A stretch of 56,661 nt of DNA, filler included, from Streblomastix strix (taxonomy: Eukaryota): the NCBI GenBank assembly GCA_008636045.1. It is 3 parts of 3 records of this genome, joined end to end, with 100 filler letters (N's around TTAATTAATTAA, not from the genome) between each part and the next. Parts side by side here need not be neighbours in the genome. Positions count along the whole stretch, not along the records: positions 37,849 to 56,661 come from SNRW01000582.1; 2 more parts are not named here. The stretch is one strand, 5' to 3'. Under the pieces are notes generated by a model. The model saw only the letters and a program-made list of their open reading frames with translations, did not search any database and was not told where the DNA came from. Position numbers and translations under genes: made by a program. This document shows, piece by piece, positions 48,401 through 56,661 of the stretch. Numbering within the stretch: position 1 is the stretch's first letter; each line of letters starts with the position of its first letter.

Positions 48401-51400
48401 AGAATAAAATTTATTATTAAACAAACAAAGACAATAATAGTTTTATAATCAAATACAATCACTGAATTAATTGAATTAGAATTTATTTCATTAAATAGAT
48501 TCGCCCATTATATTCAATCATACATTTGATATAGAAAGATATTAGCAATCATTTCCTGGGCATTAAAACAGGCAAGGTTTTGGTTAATTAAACCAAATAT
48601 TGAACCTGACTTCAAATAGTCCACATTTATCCATTAGTCCAAACATTCAAATGAATATTAATCTACCAATGAATATGCAAATGAATCAAATACCATAATA
48701 ATAATTCATCTCATCTTCTCCAGCACTCAATGTACAAAGTTTATAATAAGGACTTTAATAATAAATGTTAATTAATAATTCAGCATTTTAATTACAATCC
48801 GATCCTAATCTAAACTTTAATATAAATTTGATGAACAATACTGGAATAATGAGTCAGACTGAATTAGGAAATAGAATTACTAATTTTGGTGCTTTTGGAG
48901 ACAGCTCTTAATTATAAAGACAATAATAAATGTCAGGATAAAGTGGAGCTGGATAAATAAGACAACAATAATTGGCATCAAACTCTCAAATTCAATTAGT
49001 AAATACATAATAATTATAATAGTTCACAAATAATGCACATGTTGATGATCACAACAGCAGATATGTATGTGAAGCTCTCTACATTATAGCCAACTTCGAC
49101 TTCACTGGTCATTATTTGGTTCATTATCTATGGGATGTTGTATGCCCTTATTTAATACATCATTCATCTGAAGTTAGATTGAAGTGTGTATAGGCTCTTG
49201 TTAAATTAGTTATTCCAAAGCCAAAGTTAAATTCTTTGAATGAGATAAACACAAAACAATAATTGAATTAGATGCTTATAAAGAATCAATATGATTAAGA
49301 TTATTATTATGATGATGAGTAGGATTAAAATGAATAAGAAATACTACATTATCCATCCCCTTAAGAAATATCACATGAATTACTTTCATCTCAATTATAA
49401 TTAGAAATGGTTGGTAAGAATGCGTATTGGATGATTACCAGAGCTATAATGAGAATGTTATTAGTTGTGATGGTTGCTGATCCAGATTCAGAAGTGAGAC
49501 TTGAGACTCTGAAAGATTTGAGTGAATAATATGACTTCTATTTGTCATTATCTGAGAATATTGAGACATTCTTACTCCCATTATTGAATGATGATTGTTT
49601 AGAGATTAGAAAGTAGTCAATTTCTACATTGAGTCGTCTATCATCAAAGAACTTGGGAATTATAACACCTCGTTTCCACTTACTGCTGGATAATGCACTC
49701 ACTTAGTTTGCTTTGTAAATACAAGACAAACAGCAAATGCAATTATTAGCACAGCACATCGTACGTATAATCCACGATGCTCCAACAATAGCAGCATAAC
49801 ACGCATAGAGAATAATCCGAGTGTTATAACCTACTCTTGTATTGCACACTCCTGAATTAACGAGAATAGCTTTAGATGGGATTGGAGAATTAGCCAGAGT
49901 AAGTTGGAGGAGATTTGACATATTCTTCAAAGAGTTATCGACTCCAATTATTTCTTTATTGACTCATTTCGTTGCTATTGAACCTGCAACTTCATAGACA
50001 GTGGGATCATCACAGACATATCTCATACATTCAGCTCTTCATACATTGGGTATATTAATTCAAGCCACTGGTATTGTTGTATCTCCATTCTCAATATTCC
50101 CACTTCTTCTACCAACACTATTGGCTTTCTTACTCAGACCATCTTCAATGCAGCTCTTCAAAGAAGCTCTCAGATTGATTGGGATTATTGGTCCAATCTC
50201 ACCAATGCACGCTCAGAAGTTATTATCTCTAACATCACCAACTACTGTTCCACATTAGGATGAGAATCACATTCATTGTATTTTGTCCCTTAAAGATCCA
50301 AATGCAGATATTGATGGAGTTGATGAAGAAGATGAAGAAGAGATAATCATTCACGACAGAGAATTGGAAGAAGAGGAAAGAATCAATAAATCAATTATGG
50401 AAGATTTGAAAGCTTTGAAGAATGGATAAGCTATTACTCCTTTTGTTATTGGTGGGTAGAAACATAATGAATCATTTATGTGGACTCATTAATTAGGATA
50501 AAAAGTATTAGCTACGGAATAAATAAGGAAGATGAGACTTGTAGATTGTTCATATGCAGTTACATCAATCTTACTCAGAGATCTATCTGGTGCATATGAG
50601 AGGGGGAATATGGTATAATCTGAATTCTTACTTTCTACGCTTCTTTGGATATCGTCTATTGATGCTTCACCTTTTCAAGGTCCCAAATCACTGGTTAGAA
50701 GGACTGCTAGATTAGGAATAACAATTGCGAGAAATGCGAGTGAATTAGTAATTAAATAGAATATGAATATGAATTCGTTTAATAACTACAATAACTAAGA
50801 CAGAATATTATAGATATAATAGTACTAGTAGATATATAATGATGCTTATCAATTCTTGCAGGGTGGCATTCCTATGTAATAGAACGAATAACATTTTAAT
50901 TATGCACCTACCTCTGTTATGATCAGTACAATATTTAGACTGTTGGCGATTCTTGTGAAGAATTATAAGGTTGAAATGAGAAAGAATATTGATGCAATGG
51001 TTGAGGTATGCATTAATATTGAAAAAAAAACTCTTATATTTTTTTATTATATTCATTTTTTTTTATGTTTATAATTTGATCTTATAGATAATCCGTTCTA
51101 ATTGGCAATTATATTTCCTTGATGTTGCTCCTCTATTTGAACAGCTATTTGTAACATATGAAGACTTTCGATAACAACTTCCACAATTCATGCCCCTCAT
51201 TATTGATATGCTGAATTATCCACATTGTATTCATCCTGCTTTGTATCTAATATAGATAACAGTGAAACATTTGGATGATTATATCCCAATTATTATGTCT
51301 TCACTTCTTCCTCTTCTTGATCCACAAACTTATTTATAACCAAGATTTGTTCAAGTATAGTAAATGTGTTTAGATTTGATCCTGTTAGTCAAGAATTATT

Positions 51401-54400
51401 TATTCCAATAAAATTAGACGCCTATTTTGCATTAATTGATACAATAATAGTAAATATTTTAATAATAACAATTATTGTAACAATAATAAAAGAAGACCGA
51501 TTAAGGGAAACAATAAACATAAATACAACAATAAACTTCGCAATAATAATTACCTCAATAATAAATATAACAACATTAATAGTAACAACTGCAGTAATTA
51601 GAACCAAAGAAATAAGACTAAGTTTCACATATTTTTCATTTATAATAAAGATGGTAAGAATTGATGTTATAATATTAGTTTTAGAATAATTAAATGAACA
51701 ACAAATAAAATAAACAAGATAGAACTGCAGCATAAACATCTTCTTCTTAATCAGTTACTAACTTAAAACCAGTTTAATAATAAACGAATACTAATAATTA
51801 ATAATACTAATTATAATTGCAGTAATATTAACAATAGAGTAGCCCAGGCTCAAATATTATTATACAATCTCCTTATATATAATAATAATAATAGTAATAA
51901 TAACAATCTTCGCTACTTTAGAGCACTTCGTCAAATCATCCTACATCTCCAGGAGCTGTAATGTCTCCTAATTTCTAATCAGTATAAACATCTCAGTCTT
52001 ATTAATCATACAATAGCAATAATTCAAATTCACCAGATAGTTTAAATAATCAATAAGCAATTAGATAAAATTAGGGAAAAAATTAAAACATAAATGATAA
52101 TTAAAATGTGAATAATTCATATTAATAGACTTAGAATATAATACCACTTTTCAATATCTTTTACTATCCACAACCTGATTTTTCACTTACACCTTCAACA
52201 TTCCGTTTAGATGCACTATTCACACTCTCAATTATTGCTAACCACATCGATGTATCTTAGTTTATGTCAATAATTATGCATTCAATCATCAAGATGCTAC
52301 CATTGAGAGTAATATTAGAGGATTGCAATCATCATTTCACGCATTTAGAACTGAAAAGACAAAAATAAAAGAAAATGGAAGAATTATAATAATAAATTGA
52401 GTAAAATGCATAAGGGAATGAACAAAAAGGAAAATAACAATAAAATTAGTCATAATCATCAAATGAATATGGAGATTTACATACATAATCGAATCGAGAT
52501 TAAACTTTATTATTATTATCACATCAGCATTCTTCATCATCTAAATCACAATAGTAAATACAATAATCATCTTCCTCATCTTCTTAACAAACTCTATCCA
52601 GATAGAAATCTAAATTAAGTGACATTAAAGACCAGCCCAGAAAGTTGAGTGAATATATAGATGAGAATGTTAGATATATAACAGAGATTACAAACATACC
52701 CTATAATATTTAATCTGGTTCATCTCTAGCAAGACATTTAGATTAATTTGCTCTTCCTGGTATAAATCCATTCTCTTTTGCATTGAAATGTTTTAGGTTG
52801 ATGCAGAAAATGCCTGGATCTTCACCATGGTAGAGAAATTTAATTGATGAAATTAATGATAATCTAAATAAAAATAAAAATGTTTTATAAACTTCATCTT
52901 CCCCAAATGATTTAGAACAATTATAATAATAGTTATAACCCAATCAAACTCTCACTCCAGGAATCACTCCATCCACAACTTCATTAAGATCTTATTCTAA
53001 TACACTCAATTAGACACTTCAATAGTCAACATAATAATCAACATAATAATTGTCACAATTAACTCCACAATCACTTCAAACTCCTCAAGCCTCTCTTTCA
53101 ATCAGTAATTCATCTCTTTTCTTCTCTCAACCAATACTGACAATTGAGAGATTGGGTCCCAGAGACACAAAGATTGAAGATGAAACTGCATTTCTCTTCT
53201 TTAGGAGAAAGAATCCTTATCATCTGTAATAATAATAACTACAGTAACAACTTATACTTTCATTTTAATAGTTTGGTCAGTAATAAGGAATATAATAATA
53301 ATAGCAGGGACAAGATTAAAGTCCTTAATTATCTCCATAATAGCAATAATTACAGTTCTTATAACAGTAATAACTATTCTTGTAATAGTAATTACTTTAA
53401 TATCAATAACAACAACAACAATTACAACAATATTCACAAATTGGTTCTCCATTTTTATTTTTTAATTCAAATTCAACACCATAACTTTAATCTGCAAGTC
53501 AATTATTGCAATAATAGCAAATTAATTCGAATTAAATATAGTAATAATCTTTATTATTATCTTAATCATCACAATCATAATAAAATCAAAATGCATCAAA
53601 TTAAAGTTTGAATTTGACTTATAATCAAAATCAGCAATAATAATAATAAATATAATAGCTTCAAAATGATCCAACTGTTCTTCCAGTATCTGAAGATGGT
53701 TATTCTTATGCTGATTTATTCATAATAGAACATGTAATACAAATCCTTGTTGCATTAGCTCATCAATCTAACCATGCATAGAAAATAGCTTCAACAGCTT
53801 TATTCTTTGGAAGGGTGAATAATAATATATAAATAAATGTAAGTAATGGGAATATAAATATTAATGCTATTTAAATGGGTATTTCTGATGTAGGAAATAA
53901 TAATATATCATTTTAATTGAATTAATCATTGAACAATTCAATTAATAATACAAGTTCAATGTCATTATAATCGAGTATAAATATTAGTGGATCAGGTTCA
54001 AATCTGAATAAAGGATTATTATTCTAAACTGGAATTGGAATCCCACTTTCACTATCAGCTTGGAGTGATACTTAAATATAATATTATTAATTGGATAAAA
54101 GAGAGAATATGAACTAATAATAATAATCAGGGAATTTGGATATTAGTAAAATTTAATAACAAACATTGGAAGATGATAACTTTTATGGATTTTGGGTACC
54201 TGGGATGAAGAAAAGACCAAAACTAACTAAAATCGACTAATTATCTTAATTATCCAGTTCACTATCATAATAACAACTTGCTTAGTCAGCATAATTATCC
54301 ACATAAAATTAATATTCATCTACATTTTAATAGAAGAAGGATTCTTTCTTAGATTTATTAATACATATGATGACAATGTTTGGAAGAGAGAGTTAAGGAG

Positions 54401-56661
54401 TTTTATAAATATTTGTGACTCGCATTGTTGCTTCTGTATTTGGAACACCTACTTTGCAAACTCTGTGCAATAAAGGAGCTGATCTGAATGAATAAAGCAC
54501 AGATGATTTGAGTTTAAATACAGTTTCAAATTAATAACAGTAATCTTCATAGATATTTTAATAGAGTAGCTCTAGCTCAAGTTCCAAAAGAAATTAATAG
54601 CTTGATTCTTCAAATTTAAGACGAACAACATATTAATAACAATCTAGCATGCATGATCCTCCAAATAGCAAATCTCCAATTATTCCTTCTTCTTCATCTT
54701 CATCATCATCAAATACACAACAATCACCACCATATCTCTAACTAACTAACATCACACTATCAGGTTCACAACCACTGTTATAAGGTCTTGGTCTTGGTTA
54801 CTCATATTCCAATACATATTCATCCCCATTGACACATGGAGGCTTAACAACCTGTGCATCTGGTGGAGGTGGAGGAGGAGGAACAGGATCTGGTGCTCTA
54901 TCTCTACCTCCATTCTTCTAAGAGGAGGAATTGGAGTAATAAAGGAAGCTTGTGATGCCTGAGGATGTGAGTCCATTCTCTATGGTTATCTAATCTCTGG
55001 GACCACCTTCTCCATCTTAGCAGAGTATGATACAAATACAGCAGTATTAGATTGCTCAACTTCTTTCTCAGAATATGAAGATAGATGAATTTTCAAATAT
55101 TTTTGCGTGTGATCATTGCAAAACAGAAGAAGATATAATCGTTCATCATCGCAACTTCACTTTTAAACTAATCAATTAATCTCCAATCCCTTCAATTATA
55201 TTATCACAACATGCATGTTCAGTCAACATCAACTCATTACTTCCATAACTTCTTCCTCATGCATTTGCTGCAATGTGGGATTGTATTCAGAAAAGAAATG
55301 GTGTATAAACATTGGAGAAGATTGTTTCCCATTTGGAAGACTTACTCAAGAATCCGATGCTGCCATTAGATGTTGGAATGGCTATTTTGAAGCTCGATGA
55401 ACACATGGAAAGAAGAGAGACGCCTTTGCACTTCAATTTAGACCTACTTTCAAGGATCGCAACCAGATGTCAGATGTTACCTGCTGCATTGAGGTACAAA
55501 GAGATGGCAATTATTTCTAAGATTGGTCTGAAACCAACAACAATATTCCCAGTTTGGCATTCACTTATAGGATCAAGAGTAGGAGATATGCAATGTACAC
55601 CCAATCTCTTATTCTTCAGGACTTATGAAGTAAATAAATAAGCAAGAGAAACATAATCATAGAATCAATCATTGAATGGATCACAATCATCACTATAGAG
55701 ATCAAGACATGGATCAGCTTCATCAAACAGAACATTCAACTCTGCAAATGCTGCAAAGTAAATATAATAACTTTAAAAGAACAGATCAATATCGCCAAGT
55801 GTTACACCTGCACTTACACAGAACTAGACTTATAATAATTTATTCAATTAAGATCTTCCAGATTAAATTGATGAGAATGAGTTGAATATTATGACTCTGT
55901 TACAGTTGAATGAATAGTTGAGAGAGAAGAATGCATCTTCTGGTATTGTTAACTTTGGAGAGGAGTTATTAGAGCTTGAAGTTGATGCATGGAAGATGGA
56001 AAAGATGAGGAATTGGGAGGAAGCAGAGAAATTTTATAGAAAAAATTTAGATTCAGATCCTTATTCATATCAATCATCATTTATTAGTGGGACTCTTTCT
56101 TCTTAATAAGCAGCTTAGAAATAGTAATAGAATAATAGTTATGATACACCTCCTACGTTATATTCTCCTTCATCATCATCATCATCTTCTTCTTCTTCAT
56201 CATCATCATCATCTTCAACAATTGTTCAACTCACTGGAGCTGCACCAGCAACATGGTCAAAGTAACTTATGGGTCTTGTGAGATGTCTGATGTAAATGGG
56301 TGAGGAAGAGGAAGTGCATAGATTAGCTATGCTCAATATTAGATCTGTTGCAGGGAATGCTAAAAGAGAACTTGCTACTATTGGCGCACAAGCTGCTCTT
56401 CATTTGCATTAATTTGATTCATTGAAAGAATTAACTGAGATGATGGATGGAGAATAAACAGAGAGAGGGTTCTATAATCGTATTTGATCAGCCAGAAATT
56501 AATAAGAGGATGAAACTATATAAGCTGTAGATGATGCAAGAGAATGGATTCGCCCTCAGTTTGGTGTGATGGGATCTTTTCATTCGCATGCTTCATAGAA
56601 CATTGGTCATAATGTCAGATACAATACATCTAAGCTAAGATCAGATTAATAATAGAATGAA
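45418..56661 (+). CDS. TOR: Target of rapamycin kinase (HEAT repeats and start of FAT domain; 3'-partial)
   Basis: Collinear TOR blocks: RKNAALILLEQL, LHGGLLGLSE, ANFDFTGHYL, LLVVMVADPDSEVRL...LNDDCLEIR...LSRLSSKN, ALHTLGILIQATGIVVSPF...EALRLIGIIG, LDDYIPII, IATRCQMLPAALRYKE, WKMEKMRNWEEA, GLVRCL, AQAALHLHQFD. About 8 GT-AG introns. Confidence 0.93.

Noticed and set aside
1196..56281. Most short ORFs in the supplied six-frame track (e.g. poly-N/H ORFs at 41175, 43229, 53144; hydrophobic ORFs at 31326, 33313, 51422)
   Set aside because: Standard-code artefacts: off-frame or antisense shadows of Q-rich genes, or fragments of longer TAR=Gln ORFs.

Overview
AT-rich eukaryotic DNA that uses the non-standard code in which TAA/TAG = Gln and TGA is the only stop, so the supplied standard-code ORF track misses almost every real gene. 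The code, the 50-130 nt GT-AG introns and the gene content suggest an oxymonad such as Streblomastix strix (inference). The window is three unlinked contigs of near-identical length (18827, 18821, 18813 bp) joined by artificial N44-TTAATTAATTAA-N44 linkers. Contig 1 holds the 3' ~10.5 kb of an intron-free giant protein (midasin-like AAA+ module, Ig-like region, two vWA domains, C-terminal GATase-like domain), a 138-bp x3 repeat, a decayed Helitron and a relic of a Polinton-like virus (HNH endonuclease, fiber-like ORF). Contig 2 holds a ~12 kb decaying endogenous Polinton/Maverick-like virus: putative major and minor capsid proteins, a protein with an amphipathic N-terminus, two fiber/receptor-binding proteins (one with a dockerin-like loop), a Fic enzyme, a TGCAC-iteron palindrome and an SF3 helicase. 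It is followed by a low-complexity host gene and a degenerate P-type ATPase. Contig 3 holds a membrane protein, a Ser/Thr kinase with an in-frame TGA, an RRM protein and a greatly expanded TOR kinase. All calls come from manual translation and motif recognition; no database searches were run.
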